Assembly (NCBI RefSeq): GCF_006345805.1
Contig: NC_043001.1
Coordinates: 76,570,001-76,634,000, forward strand
DNA length: 64,000 bases
DNA from: Octopus sinensis
Taxonomy: Eukaryota
Direction: 5' to 3'
Position 1 is the first letter of the stretch. Each line of letters begins with the position of its first letter. This document shows, piece after piece, positions 11,201 to 25,198 of this stretch. Under the pieces are notes generated by a model, which saw only the letters and a program-made list of their open reading frames with translations, was not told where the DNA came from and did no database searches. A program made the translations under genes and the position numbers.

Positions 11201-11422
11201 TGAAAGGGTTCTGAAAAGTTCCTGGCTTTGAGTAAAAGAAAATATAGAAGGATCAGGTAATTGTGATTTTATCCAACAAATCCCCCTTCTCAGATTGACT
11301 GACACACTTATTACAGCGGTCCTTCAGTTTTTCTAAGCCCTGTAAAAGTACTCAGAAGTTTGGGCCTCCAGTCAGGCCTTTTGTGATACCCTTAAATCCA
11401 GAAACGTTTCACTACACCCTCG
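11201..11422. mobile_element. Mariner-type MITE
   Basis: Imperfect TIRs (TA)TGAAAGGGTTCTGAAAAGTTCCTGG and CCAGAAACGTTTCACTACACCCTCG(TA); the TIR type resembles that of 55357-56025. Confidence 0.75.
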
Positions 11423-11731
11423 TATAAAACATACACAGCAATAACACCACTATCCCCTAAACACTACCATCACCAGCAACCGCTGATAGTACTACCCCCT
11501 CCTCTGACATTTCCATCTCAACAGTAATACAATCGCCTTCACCTCCATCATCCTCATTTCCATTTGCCACCTCATCGCCGTCATCATCATCATCAACTAT
11601 AACATAACTGTCTATACCAATTGACTATTGTCACGCCTTCACTAAACAGTGGCAAAACCCCCGGTGAACGTGACACAATTAGTATCTACATCGATTGTAT
11701 GTTTGATCTCGCTCGTTCTCTCTCTCTCTCA

Positions 11732-11765
<34 letters not shown>

Positions 11766-11992
11766 TACATGGAAAAAGAATCGTCTATGTAGATGTCCAA
11801 CCTGTTAGAAATAGCAGTCAAATATTGTCCAAATCAGAATCTAATATAGCAAAAGCAGACGGACGTATTGGCGAGTGTAGTCGACAATACACTGTTGCTG
11901 AGAACAAATAAGAGGTGGTGGTGACGGCTGGAACACCTTCCATCAGAGGTTTCCTCCATCGACCTGTACTGAGGCTTAAACAACAGCAAAAG

Positions 11993-12063
<71 letters not shown>

Positions 12064-12281
12064 CACAGGCACACAGTCATATAGTCACACAAAATCAAAC
12101 GGACATAGCCACATAATTATAGTCTCTCTCTCTCACTCTCTCACACGCACAAACACACACACAGTCGATCACATGTAGATACACAGCCATAGTACATTGA
12201 CACCTACTCAGAATCAGATACACACTGTCATACAAACAAACAAGCTTGACACAAACTCAAATACAATATTTACACACTCAG

Positions 12282-12339
<58 letters not shown>

Positions 12340-12799
12340 CACACACACACATCATTTACCTGAAAGAGAATGTCATTGATATTTACTCCAACCACTGAGA
12401 AACAGACACTTTCTTCCCCTCCAGTCTTTCACTTCCGCTCTTTCTACCTTTCTCCCCTCTCTGTTCTCCCTTCTTTCTTGAAACCCACCCAGGAAAAATC
12501 TAAACAAACATAGAAAAGCGAAACTAAAGTTTGTAAGAAATTTAATTTGGCGCTTGTCTCACTCTGCCTCTCTCTTACTACAACTTATCTTTAAAATAAA
12601 TTAAATATTATTTTCAAATCAGCATAAAAAAGATAAATACAAAAAATCAATATATTTTCGATCTATTCTTAATAACTTGTGATATGTTCAAAAAATGCTT
12701 AGAATTAAACTGAAACTAGTAATTTTAATCATTCTGGTTCTAGCAATTCTTTACGGCCGTACAATGGTATTAGTATAGGGACATTTCTGTGACTGACCA

Positions 12800-13045
12800 G
12801 TCTTAGAAAAATGTATCTACAGGTATAAGACAGATGAGAATTTTATACACTGGAAGATATACCGGCATGTTAAAACCAAGCAGGAATTGTCTACAAGTGG
12901 TATGGGTGAATAATCAACAATCGTTTTCATATGGACGACTATAAGGTATAAACTGCAAATAATAAATAACTAGAAACACTGCGGCAGACAGTTTATGGGT
13001 TTAGAGGAATTGATATGACATTCAAATTAGAAAAATGCGCCAAGG
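12800..13045 (+). mobile_element. Reverse-transcriptase relic, R4/Dong-like
   Basis: FHMDDYK (YMDDLK-like) at 12925-12945 and DMTFKLEKCAK at 13012-13044, with frameshifts. Confidence 0.65.
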
Positions 13046-13169
13046 ATTGAAGTGGGAGAAGGACCCCATCTCTCAGACTACAGCGGAATGGGGTTCACAG
13101 TTCTTTGCACAATAGACAAAGAACTGAAGAGTTAAAATATATGCAATAAATTCAGTACGGATTGGTGAG

Positions 13170-13325
13170 AAGATTACATGAAACCCGATTAGTTATTTTA
13201 TTGACCCCGAAAGGATGAAAAGCAAAGTGACTTCGGTGACATTTGAATTCAGAACGTAAAGACGGACGAACTGCCGCTAAGCATTTGGCCAGGGGTGCTA
13301 ACAGTTTTACCTGGTCATCACCTTA
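13170..13325 (-). mobile_element. SINE group A
   Basis: gaccccgaaaggatgaaaagcaaagt..tcagaacgtaaagacggacgaa..ctaagcattt. Confidence 0.85.
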
Positions 13326-13682
13326 CAGAGAAGTAAAACGAAAATAGAAAGATGGAGAGATTCTTCCACTGCCAAGAAGTAAATTTCATAACCTTTATAT
13401 ATCTCAGTCACAAAGGCCAATAATCTGGAGTAAACAGTTAAGAAGCGTCGGTCTATTCAAATAGCGGCCATGTTGGTTGATTATCAATATGGCCGAATTC
13501 TAAACAGAACTGTTGCTGAAATATATTGAGTCTATATTATGGATTGACATTTCTTGACTGTTTACTTCTGGTGATGTGCCTGAAATATATAAAGGTTATT
13601 AAATATATTCCTTTTCCGCATTGTAAGATGCTCTCCTTCTTCATCTTCCTTTTGTTATTTTGTTTGTTTTTGCTTTTATCAG

Positions 13683-13719
13683 AATGTTTAAAGCAAGCTA
13701 TAACGCCCTTCTTTCAATG
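13683..13719 (+). other. Candidate 37-nt exon of an unidentified host gene
   Basis: Long pyrimidine tract ending tttatcAG, then AATGTTT..TCAATG, then donor GTAAAT. One frame reads MFKASYNALLSM. No homolog recognised. Confidence 0.25.
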
Positions 13720-13859
13720 GTAAATAGTATATCACCACCACCAACAACAACGACACAAACAGCAACACCAACAACAGCAACAACCAGCATCAATAATCAC
13801 CAGTAGGTAAATAGAGTGTCATTTGCTGTCAAAATCGAATGCTGAACGCGGAATGTGTA

Positions 13860-14301
13860 GGAATGTGAGTGTGTGCGCGTGCGAGCGTGTGTGTGTGCAT
13901 TTGCGTACATGCGTACGTGCGTGTATATGTGCGTGCGTGAATGCATGTGTGTGTGTGTGTGTTCGCGCGTGTGCATGTGTATACCTGTGTGTGTGCATGT
14001 ATGCGTGCGCGTGCGCGTGTGTGTATGTGTGTGTGTGTGTGTGCATGTGTATGCATGTGTGTGTGCGCATGTGTATGCATGTGTGTGCGTGTATGTGTGT
14101 ATGTGTGTGTGCATGTGTATGCGTGTGTGTGTGTGCGTGCGTGTGTGTATGTTTGTGTCTGTGTGTGCGCGTGTGTGAAAGAGGTGGGTGTTACGGTAAT
14201 GATGATGGGAACCTGCTACCGATATCACTACCGGATATCGAACTCTTGAAAGTAACAGAACGGCGCGTGTAAGTGTGTGAGTGCATGTATGTGTGTGTGG
14301 T

Positions 14302-14348
<47 letters not shown>

Positions 14349-14997
14349 TGTGTGTGTGGAATGTTATAGTAGCTGTAGAGGTGGTGGTGGTTATGGAGGA
14401 TGGTTTAATGAAGATAGTAAAAGTAGCACTTTTCTTGGTTGCGGTGTTGGTGGTCGTAGTGGCGTTAATGTAGACTGTCGAAGTGATGATGTGTGTGATA
14501 GCTTTGGTGGTGGTGGTGGTGGTAGTGATGCTGTTGCTGCTGTTGGCGGCGGTGGTAGTAGTGCTAGTGGTGGTGATGGTTGTAGTGATAGTAAAGAGAT
14601 GATTGTAAGAGATAAATAACCGTGTAGTTTTGTGATGTGGATGGAGAAAGATTAAGAGAGAGAGAGGGAGGGAGAGGGAGGAGGAGGGAGGGAGAGGGGA
14701 GGGAGGGAGAGAGGGAGAGTGGGAGAGAGAAAAAATAGACAGAGACATGGACAGACGGAAGACAGACAGACAGAAGCACGAAGCGAGAGTGAACGAGAAA
14801 GAGAAAGAGAGGGAGAGAGAGAGATAGAAGAGGGAAGGGCGGACAGGCAGACAGGCAGACAGGCAGGTAGGCAGACAGGCAGACAGGCAGACAGGCAGAA
14901 AGACAGACAGTGAGACAGTTAGAGAGACGGAAATGAAAAACCGAATGATGAAAGGAAATAAAGAATGAATTGTAAGAAAGGCAGGTACAAATGACGA

Positions 14998-15028
<31 letters not shown>

Positions 15029-15029
15029 A

Positions 15030-15115
<86 letters not shown>

Positions 15116-15190
15116 TAAATGGCGAGAAAGAAAGAAGAAAAACAAGGAAGAAAGAAAAGAAAAGAGAAAAGCATTAAGAGAAGCATAATT
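13860..15190. repeat. Compound microsatellite / low-complexity tract (GT, GGT, GA, CAGG, AT)
   Basis: Read directly; it accounts for the long ORFs 13797-14272 and 14191-15282. Confidence 0.95.
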
Positions 15191-15559
15191 AAACAAATAC
15201 ATAAATAAATAAATAAATAAATAAAAAAGAAGAAAAACGAGAGAAGATAAACAAAGCAAGGAATGGAAAAGAGGAGAGACAAAGAACAAGTCAGAAAGAT
15301 TGAAAGATAAGAAGTTGAAAGAACGATAGAAAGTCATGAACAAAAGGAGGAGGAGGAGGAGGAGGAAATTGAGTGTAAAGAAGAAATTAGGAGACAAGCA
15401 ACGAAATAAAATTAATAAGTAAACATTTCTTTCATGAAGCACAAAAGTTTGAGATTCTGAATAAAAGAGTGTATTACGATATTGATGCAATTGCTTGAAT
15501 GTGTGTATGTGGAGAGTGGGGGTTAGGAGGAAAGAAGGATTATTATTATTATTATTATT

Positions 15560-16114
15560 GAGTGTATGAGAGCAGTGCATACCATCAAAGTGGCACTGGG
15601 GTAAAATATACGAAGCCCAGTATACCCATCATGACTACCCGTCTGATAAGGCTACACCAGGCACATGCATCACAACCAAATGTGCGCGACATGGTAATCT
15701 CATATCAAGATAAACAGCGCATGACCTTGCAGGTGGGGCCCAGTTAGAATTTTCTTCTGGTCGAGTAGCCCATCCTGTTCAAAAGGTCCCGGAATAAGGA
15801 TTGTTTAAGGATGTTGAACGAACCATCCATGTTTCCAAAGGTGAATTATCCAAACCTCTAAGAATTCCTTTCAACACACAGCTATGATGCTCCCCTACTA
15901 CTTCTGCTTGTGATCAGAGATGCACATATCGTCAGCCACTAAGGGACATGGTCAACTGGTTAAGGTCAAACAACTGATAAGCAAATCTGTGGTAATGAGC
16001 AGAATATTTGCTGTAGCCCATCTTTTATACCAAGACAAAACAATGTACATGATAACACTTCCAATCAGTTAAGATCAGGAGCCATGAGAGCCACTGCCTG
16101 GTACTGCATCAAGG

Positions 16115-16115
<1 letters not shown>
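15560..16115. mobile_element. Unclassified 556-bp element embedded in (TTA)n
   Basis: (TTA)n on both sides (15540-15559, 16116-16188); an inverted partial copy lies at ~20610-20800. No ORF or Pol III boxes seen. Confidence 0.65.
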
Positions 16116-16173
<58 letters not shown>

Positions 16174-16331
16174 TATTATTATTATTACTGGTGTTGTTGG
16201 TGGTGTTGTTGTTGGCTATAAGTGAAAAGTAATGGTTCCAACCGGAAACGAAGACCAAGTACTGTTTTGGCATACCGGAAACGTATCCATTTCTTTCATG
16301 GTGGTCATGTAAAGGAGAAATGTGAGGATGA

Positions 16332-16610
16332 GGCTTTCAAGCTATTCTCAATTAGCTTACCTTTTGTAAAGAACCGTTTCATCATCTTTGCCATTGTTGT
16401 GGCTTTCAAGCTTTCCCCTACTAGCTTACCGTATGCAAACAATTGATTTGTCGTTGTTGTTGATGATGTGACTTTCCATCTTTTCCCGATTGATCTACCG
16501 CTTGCGAAAAATTATTCCATCGTCGTTCTCATTGCATTTTCAAGCTATTCCCGGTTAGCTTGTCGCTTGCGATTTATTGATTGCTTTATCGTAGTTGTTG
16601 TTGAATGAGC
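16332..16610. repeat. Degenerate tandem array of four units (spacing 69, 69, 65 bp)
   Basis: Anchor tttcaagct..agctt at equivalent positions 16338, 16407, 16476 and 16541. Confidence 0.8.
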
Positions 16611-16649
16611 ACATTTTTTCAGTATGCCTCAGACTTGAGAAAGAAAACG

Positions 16650-16770
16650 AAAATTTGGACGATCCATGTATTTCTCGAAGACTAATATGACAAGAACGAA
16701 GTGGCAAAAGCCGTAACCATAACCAGAAAATCGAAGAGCGGATTGGGATCGCAAAGAACTCAGCTTTTTA
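16650..16770 (+). mobile_element. Small RTE-like RT C-terminal relic
   Basis: Translation ..KIEERIGIAKNSAF resembles the RTE EI.RIG.AK.AF motif. Confidence 0.5.
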
Positions 16771-17051
16771 TTTCTATGGCAAACAGCACTAAATTAATTA
16801 ATATAGCTAGCTTGATGGATAGAAAAATAGATGAAAAGAAAAATAGATAGATGGATTGGAAGGTAGATATATAGCTTGATAGTACGATCGATAGTCTGAG
16901 AAGCCGTCAGCGCGATAAATATTTAAACAGACAGGCAGTAAGATCTGTGTACACACACACTGATATGAAGAGAGAGGAAGAGAGAGGGTAGAAAGAGAAG
17001 AAATTTATGCATACATAGGAAAAATACTGAAGTTTGAGAAAATAATATTGC

Positions 17052-17082
<31 letters not shown>

Positions 17083-17639
17083 CATGCAAACACACACACA
17101 TTACACGTATACTCACACTTATACATACATATACACGTATGCAAACTCATACATATATTCACATATGCCACTCACACGCATATGACAGAGACAGATTCAT
17201 TGATTGATAAATATAAATATAAATAGACAGACAAACAGACAGACAGACAGATAAATAAATTGAAAAGATAAAGAAAACCAAGAAAATCCGAAAATTGTTA
17301 TTATAACTCTTTATATTCCATATTCTATTTTGATTCCTTTTCTAAAGCCAACTAACCAACCAACCAACCAACCAACCAGCCAACCAAACAACCAACCAGC
17401 CAACCAACCAACGAACCAGCCAACAATCCAACCAATCACTAAAACTGTTTGACTCTCCTCAGCCCTCCTTACTTTACTTAAACATTGAAGCCGCCTCTTG
17501 TTCAGCACGATTTCGTTTCCTGTGATCGTCCTTCACTCATTAACGAGTAAATCAACGTTATATAGAAAAATGGACGCCATGTTGATTTTCTTTTCAGCAA
17601 TTCAGTCACGTCTTATCAATTGGTATGTCTTCACCAGCA

Positions 17640-19210
17640 TTCAAGACCTCCTCCTCCTCCTGCTCCTCCTCCTCCTCCTCTTCAAAACCTTCTCCAATAC
17701 CCATTATTTATACCATCACGGCCGCCGCCACCACCACCACCACCACCTACACAGCCACCACCACCACCACCACCACCACCTACACAGCCACCACCACCAC
17801 CACCACCACCACCGCCACCGCCGCCGCCGCCGCCACCGTCATCATTACTGCTTCAACTGTTATCACAATGAGTTTCACAATAAACCATCATCATGATAAA
17901 TACCTACAACACCACTAGCCATCACGATCTCCAACAATATCATCGACGGTACCTCTGCACCCACCACCACAACAGCCAACGCCACAAACCAGAGCTACAA
18001 TTGACGCCACCACTACCACTACAACCAACGCCACCATTACTATTATACCACCACCACCATTACAATCAATGCTACCACCACTACTACAATCAACACTGCC
18101 TTAACCACTACAATCAACACCACTACCACCACCACTACAACCAGCACCAGAAGAAATATCTCGGGTTAAACTAGGGAGTTCTATGTGGTCGCCTGATCTG
18201 TTAGAAACAACAGTCAAATTTATCTAAATTCATATTATACGACCTTTGGAAAAAGAAAAAAAGAGAACTTTAGATAATGTTGTCTTATCTACATTGTGAC
18301 TTGGGTAAAACTGGATGGTCATATTGGAACAACTTTGATCATAGCCCTGCTCAATCGGACAAATAGTTGGAAACCAACACCAAGAAAGACCATATGTTCA
18401 CCACCACCACCATCTTCACCACCACCACCACCACCACCACCACCACAACTACCACCACCACCACCACCACCACCACACCACCACCACCACCACCACCACC
18501 ACCACCACCACCACTACCACCACCATTATTACCATGACGACCAACAATAAATAACCACACAACAACCAATGACGAAAGCCATACCCATCACTCAAAGACT
18601 ATCACAAATATCGTCTATCTTCTGGCTTTAACTTGTTTCAGTCATTTGATTTCGGCTATACTGGAGTACCGCCACTCAAGATCAATCACAACCACCACAA
18701 CTACCAATCACAGCATAATTACTTATACGATCACCACCACCACCACCACCATCATTACCACCTCAATCACCACCAAAACTACCATCACACCTACCACGCA
18801 CCACTACCACCTTAACGACTAATACCATTACATTTCCTTCGACCACCACCACCACCACCACCACCACTACCACCACAAGCATCATCATCACTACCGCACC
18901 TATCATTACATCTAGCAGTCATCACCACTGCCACCACAACGGCAACTACCATCACATTTGCCAACTACCGCCAACACAGTCACTTGCTACAGCTACAACT
19001 ACAACCTCAACAGCTACTGTTAAATCTACTGCTCAACAGCAACACCAACACCGACACATCCACCAAATCACCGGCAGTTCTATCGCTAACTGCGGCTGCC
19101 CCTAGAATCATTATCATCACCATCATCACAACCATCACAATTACCATCGTAGACACTAATGACTACCATACACAACCACCACCACCGCTTCCGCCGCGCC
19201 GCCGCACTTC
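17640..19210. repeat. (CCA)n/(CCT)n/(CAA)n low-complexity region
   Basis: Read directly; the poly-Pro/His/Thr ORFs here are repeat translations. Confidence 0.9.
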
Positions 19211-19610
19211 ACCGTCGTCCATTTTTACCAAACACCAGCCATTGCTATCAATAAAAGTCATTTTCTTTTTGCTTTCCATTTTCTTATTTCCCTTCTATAT
19301 TTGGTCTCCATTCTCATACCTTTTATATACTTAGTCACTGCAGTTCTCATACCTTTTATATATCCAAACTCGCCAGTTTATTTGGTCTCGTAGTTGCTTT
19401 CTGAGATATAATTACCAACCACTGATTTGATCTGATCTTTTATATTTACACATCATTTAAACCTCCCCATCTCATTCTCTCTACCCCTACCTCGCTCTCT
19501 CTCTCTCTTCATTTTCTAGCCGCCCGGCTGCCTGTCTACATTCTTTCTATTATATTTCCTCCCTACATATACACACGCACACAAATGAATATGTGTGTGT
19601 GTGTGTGTGT

Positions 19611-19710
<100 letters not shown>

Positions 19711-20231
19711 TGTGTATCTGTATGCATACATATATATATACACATATCTATATGTATATGTATAGATGTGCACGCGCAAATATATAGCGATATCTAACTA
19801 CATAATCATACCTCTCTTTCTTAATATCCGTGTCTGAATTTTTCATTCACCAATTTCTTACACTATCTATCTAGCCCTTTATATAAGCATATATACACAT
19901 CTATGTGTACACACACACGCACACGCACACACGTCCCCCACACACATACATAATCTAAGTGCCTGGTAGAGTATAAATGTACGATATTTCCAAAGAAGCA
20001 TTCAAGCCGAGTTCTGGGCTATCAGCGCTATCATATTCTAGACTAATACCGAAATTCTTCAGGTGTAGAAAATCCTGGTTTCACGAATGTAAAACCGATT
20101 GTAAAACCGTTGGGTCTAGCGAATAGTAAAATATAATCCAAATATCAAGACAAATAATTACTTTAGCAAGTGAAATGACCTGGTCTTACGTAGGCTTTGA
20201 GTTAGGATCTGTGTTTAGGGTTAGGTTAGGG

Positions 20232-20470
20232 TAGTGATTTTCAACCAGGGTTCATATCAGATTTTTAGGGGCCCACACAAGCAAAACAGAATATTGGATC
20301 CCCATTAGTATTTTAAGGGTCCACGAAAAAATTTTGCCTTAGATGTACTTATTGCAAGAAACAACTAGGTTTCTTTCTCAAATGCCAACGCAAGGGAGTG
20401 TGTGAATAACAAAATAGGGATTTTGAAAGACATATCTATAAAGCTAGTTTTTTTAAACATAGAATTACTA
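20232..20470 (+). mobile_element. Possible hAT-like transposon left-end relic
   Basis: Begins tagtgattttcaaccaggg (CAGTGGTTTTCAACC-like). No right end or 8-bp TSD found. Confidence 0.3.
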
Positions 20471-20609
20471 TGAGTAAGTGTCATTTTCTATTTGCTTCTA
20501 TCTAGAAAACAAAGGAAATGACTACTATTCCCTTCAAACTTTGCTTCTGTGACCTGGATATCAATGCTTTGAAACTGACCTATTTTCCATTACATCTCTG
20601 ACAGATTCA

Positions 20610-20800
20610 GCGTTGAGTTGCTAAAGCAGAAGTAACGTTATAACAAATATTTTGCTCAATACCACAGGCTTGCTTGTCAGTTACTAGACATTAAACACTT
20701 GAGCATGTCCCTTAGTGGCTGACAATACGTGCATCTCTGATTATGAGCAGGAGTAGTAGAGAAGCATCATAGTCCTGTATTAAGAGGGATTCTTTGGGGC
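20610..20800 (-). repeat. Inverted fragment of the 15560-16115 element
   Basis: catgtcccttagtggctgac..tgcatctctgat..gagaagcatcatag is the reverse complement of ~15880-15950. Confidence 0.8.
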
Positions 20801-21260
20801 TTGAATAAATGTAACAAAAGCAAAGTTTGAAGGAAATATTAGTCATTTTTTAAATACTTTCTTGGGGTAAGCAAATAGGAAATAACAGTTACTACCTAAG
20901 GACAAAAATCGCGTTAGACAGTGTTATATGATTGTGAAACAAAGGAATAAATGTTTAACAAGATACTAGTTCTTTTTTTCTCACTTGTTTCAGCCTTGAA
21001 GGGTTGCAGTCGGAAAAAAATCGAACCCAGCACTTAAGTTTTTTTAAGTATGATATTGGTTTCTTTTGCCCAGCTGTTATGTTACGCAAACATAAACAAA
21101 CCAGCACCGGCGGTCAAACAGTGCGTGTGTATTGGAAGGTGACAAACACAGATACAAACACACACACACACACACACACACACAACACACACACATAGAC
21201 ATACTTACATACACACGCACACACACACACATATACACACACACATGCACACACACATGT

Positions 21261-21314
<54 letters not shown>

Positions 21315-21558
21315 TTGCTATTATGTAAAAGTTTCGTAAATCCAAAACGCTGCTTATTCAGAAAACGAAAAATAGTTGCACCATAGCAAAACCGTTGTAC
21401 TACACTTTGATAATTATTGATATCTTCGCATCTGAAGCAGCTGGAGATACGATAATTTGACCAAAAGAACCGGCTATTGCAAGCAAAGATATATATTGAA
21501 AAAGAAAAATAAAGCATTTTGCCAAATTTGGACATACGAATGTTTAACATAATATCAA

Positions 21559-21608
<50 letters not shown>

Positions 21609-22276
21609 GTGCACACACATACAGAAAGAGAGAGATTTTTTCCATCTACAAAATACACTTACAAAGCACTGGTTGGTGCGGGACTATAGTGGAAGACCCA
21701 CAAGGTGCCACACAATGGGAATGAACCCGAAGGCCATGGTTGCGAAGCAAGTTTCTTAACCACACAGCCTTTTCTATACAACTTTATATCTAAAAAAAAA
21801 AAAGGGGGTGGGTGGAGGGGAAAGAGAAAGCAAGAGGTATGTAGTCACAAGTGAAATGCAGGAGTATGCGCAATCAGTGTCGATCTGGGGAAAAAAGAAC
21901 AACAAACACAAAGGAATAACATGACTATTTCAGCGAATATCTGGCCAGAAAGAACGAATGAATCAACGAAGGACTAAATGGTAAAAGTTGCTTGGAATTA
22001 ACGCAAAACTATCATGTGGTCGTGCTTCTGACAAAGAACATGTTATCAGGGAATACTATACGCTAATTAAAAGGGAAATATATTGTAATCAGAGCTCTCT
22101 GTGGACAAATAATCAATAGGCACGATATGTTTTGCTGTAACAGTACGCGTACACACCATTTAGATTGCTTCAGGGGAAACACTCACACAATACATATATA
22201 TATATATACATCTATGTATGTATAGTGTTGGTGTTTGTGCTTATGTATGTATTGTGCGTGTATATATTGTTTGTAC

Positions 22277-22351
<75 letters not shown>

Positions 22352-22899
22352 ATATGTACATTATGCAGTATTTTACCTGCATAATTTGAAAGTTTAAACT
22401 GGTAATTTTCAAGACTTAACAAATAACAATAAACTGTATATATGTATTATAATACATGAACGTATATGCGCACACACATATGTATGCATATGCACATACA
22501 CACACATACGCACAAATAAATTATGTATGTGTGTGAGAGAGAGAGACAGAGAGAGAATGTGTGTATGTATGTATGTATGTATGTATGTATGTATGTATGT
22601 ATGTATGTATGTATGTATGTATGTATGTATGTATGTATGTATGTATGTATGTATGTATGTATGTATGTATGCATGTATGTTTGTATGTATATATATACAT
22701 TTATAAAGGTGAAAATTCTCAGTCACAATCAACTGTTTTATTCTTCCCTATTCTAACAAAATCACCCAGTTTGTATGACTCTTCGTAATTTAGTAAATGT
22801 CGGATAAAATTTATGGAAGAAGCGGTCTTTGTACTGACTATCAAAATGGTATAAAGCTTTTCAATGACGTGACATAGCAGTTCTTCGGAATGGAATAAA

Positions 22900-22947
<48 letters not shown>

Positions 22948-23000
22948 ACACACACACACACACGCACACGCACGCGCACACACACACACACACGCACACG

Positions 23001-23038
<38 letters not shown>

Positions 23039-23383
23039 ACACACACACACACACACACTTCAATCTGCAATAATTTTAAACCTATTTAATATTAATACGA
23101 TGGACTCAATACACTAGAGGATGAAGAACGTTGAAGTTTATTAAAACAGATATTCAACATAGTGGCCATTTTGTTTTACCGTATGTAACGGGTTTTCAAG
23201 AATGATGAATAATGGTATCTAAAAAAAGGACAGTGTATGTCAGCATAGAAGTGCTAAGAAATCTGCATTAAAACACGGTTCTACTAATGAACAAATAAAA
23301 ATATTACCAAATGAAATGATAGCCGTTAGGAGTAAAGTGTACTATATTATATTTGCATGTTAGTATACTTCTATATGTCTTAA

Positions 23384-23900
23384 GTGTGGAGGCGCAATGG
23401 CCCAGTGGTTAGGGCAGCGGACTCGCGGTCGTAGGATCACGGTTTCGATTCCCAGACCGGGCATTGTGAGTGTTTATTGACTGAAAACACTTAAAGCACC
23501 ACGAGACTCCGGCAGGGGCAGGGGGTGGTGGTGAACTCTGCTGTACTCTTTCACCACAACTCTCTCTCACTCTTTCTTCCTGTTTCTGTTGTACCTGTAT
23601 TTCAAAAAGCCAGCCTTGTCCCACTCTGTGTCATACTGAATCTCCTCGAGAGCTACGTTAAGGGTACACATGTCTGTGGAGTGCTCAGCCACTTGCACGT
23701 TAATAAAAGAGCTGCGACGTCACAGGTGCCAAGCTGTATCGGCCTTTGCCTTTCCCTTAGATAACATCGGTGGCGTGGAGAGGGGAGGCTGGTATGCATA
23801 GGCGACTGCTGGTCTTCCATAAACAACCTTGCCCAACTTGTGCCTCGGAGGGTAACTTTCTAGGCGCAATCTCATGGTCATTCATGACCGAAGGGGGTCT
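23384..23900 (+). mobile_element. Long tRNA-derived SINE (second head type, shared core, long tail)
   Basis: A box tggcccagtgg, B box ggtttcgattccc; core as in 3775-3870; tail ends gaccgaagggggtct. Confidence 0.85.
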
Positions 23901-24944
23901 AAAGTAGTGGTTCTTAACCATTTTTTGCATATGGATTCCTTTCATTTCCATTTTACTTATTAGACATTGAATAATGAAAATATAAAAAAAAGCTAACTGT
24001 ATTTTTATAATTGAATATTATTAGGAATTACATTAAAAAACAAAAAAAAACAAGAAATACTTTGTGTATTGTAGAAGTATTGATATGGGTGAAGTTATAA
24101 AAGCATTGTAGTCTCCTTATAAAAGCATTGTAGTCTCCTATGTTAAACTGCAGAAATGTAGTCTCCTATATTAAACTGCAAAATGCTCATGGCTTTCTAA
24201 ATTTTTCGTTATCCACCTCCGCTTTTTTCAGTTTTGAGGGCGCCCTGACCATATAAATCTTTTTCTTGTCAATGTCTTTAATATGACATTATGTTATCCC
24301 ATTTTCGTTTTAATTTTAAAAAGATCTATATCCGTGTTTCTCCATCCAACTCAGTGATGTGTCTATTAGCTCAGTTTCCATTTTATGTTTGTTGGCTTCA
24401 TTACATTGTTCATATTTTGTTGCTGTTCGTATTAGTTACTTTGATTCTTTACTAAATAGCCAATCGTGTCTCACTTCCGAAGATAATATCTCTTATGGAC
24501 GCACTGTGTTTAAAAATATGAAACCATATCAGGAGCAGGCAAACATCGCCCCAGCAGCGTCGGTGAGAATGCTAAAGCTGTTGCACATAACGAATCTACT
24601 AAATATATTTTTTACCGTACTTTATAACCTTTACTAAATGTATTGTTTTGTTGACGGACACCATATATCTCATAACGAATTTCTAGTTATAGAATATTAG
24701 CTTCCAACTGTTTGCTTCTAAGTCATTATCTTGTCGATCTTGCACAACGTTTAGGTTAGCATCAAGTTTTCTGCCAAGTCGGAGAGTACGAGATTTCTTT
24801 GTATTAAACTCGTTTGATAAGTAAATTTGACTTTCAATTGTATAGTTTATAAGCACACACTTTGCTGACTTTCTATTGGACTTAAAAATCTTGTACTCGT
24901 ATCCGACTATTCTCTTCCTAGCGACTTCCTATTACGCACTTTTA

Positions 24945-25198
24945 ATAATAATAATAAATGCGCCCTTTTAAAGCCTAGCCAGGCTCATGGGCCCGGTTTC
25001 CCGGTTTCTATGGCGTATGTGTTCCTTAGCTGGACGGGACGCCAGTCCATCGCAGCGTTACTCATTTTTGCCAACTGAGTGGACTGGAGCAACGTGAACT
25101 GAAGTGTTTTGCTCAAGAACACAACGCGTCCAGGAATCGAAACCACAATCTTACGATCATGGTGCTAACACCCTAACAACTAAGCTACGCACCTCCAC
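24945..25198 (-). mobile_element. SINE group C, full length, perfect 14-bp TSD
   Basis: attacgcactttta at 24931-24944 and 25199-25212. Confidence 0.92.

Noticed and set aside
13465-13495. 11-bp hairpin cggccatgttg/caatatggccg
   Set aside because: Isolated stem with no family or terminator context; most likely a transposon-end remnant.
13797-15282. Long ORFs (143-363 aa), and similar ones at 5414-6496, 36676-37323, 54543-55386 and 62109-63186
   Set aside because: They are translations of microsatellites that lack stop codons in some frames; there is no coding signature.
16332-16610. CRISPR-like repeat-spacer appearance
   Set aside because: The repeats are too degenerate, the spacers are mutually similar, there are no cas genes and the context is eukaryotic.
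20213-20232. TTAGGG-like telomeric repeat
   Set aside because: Only about three imperfect units; no array.
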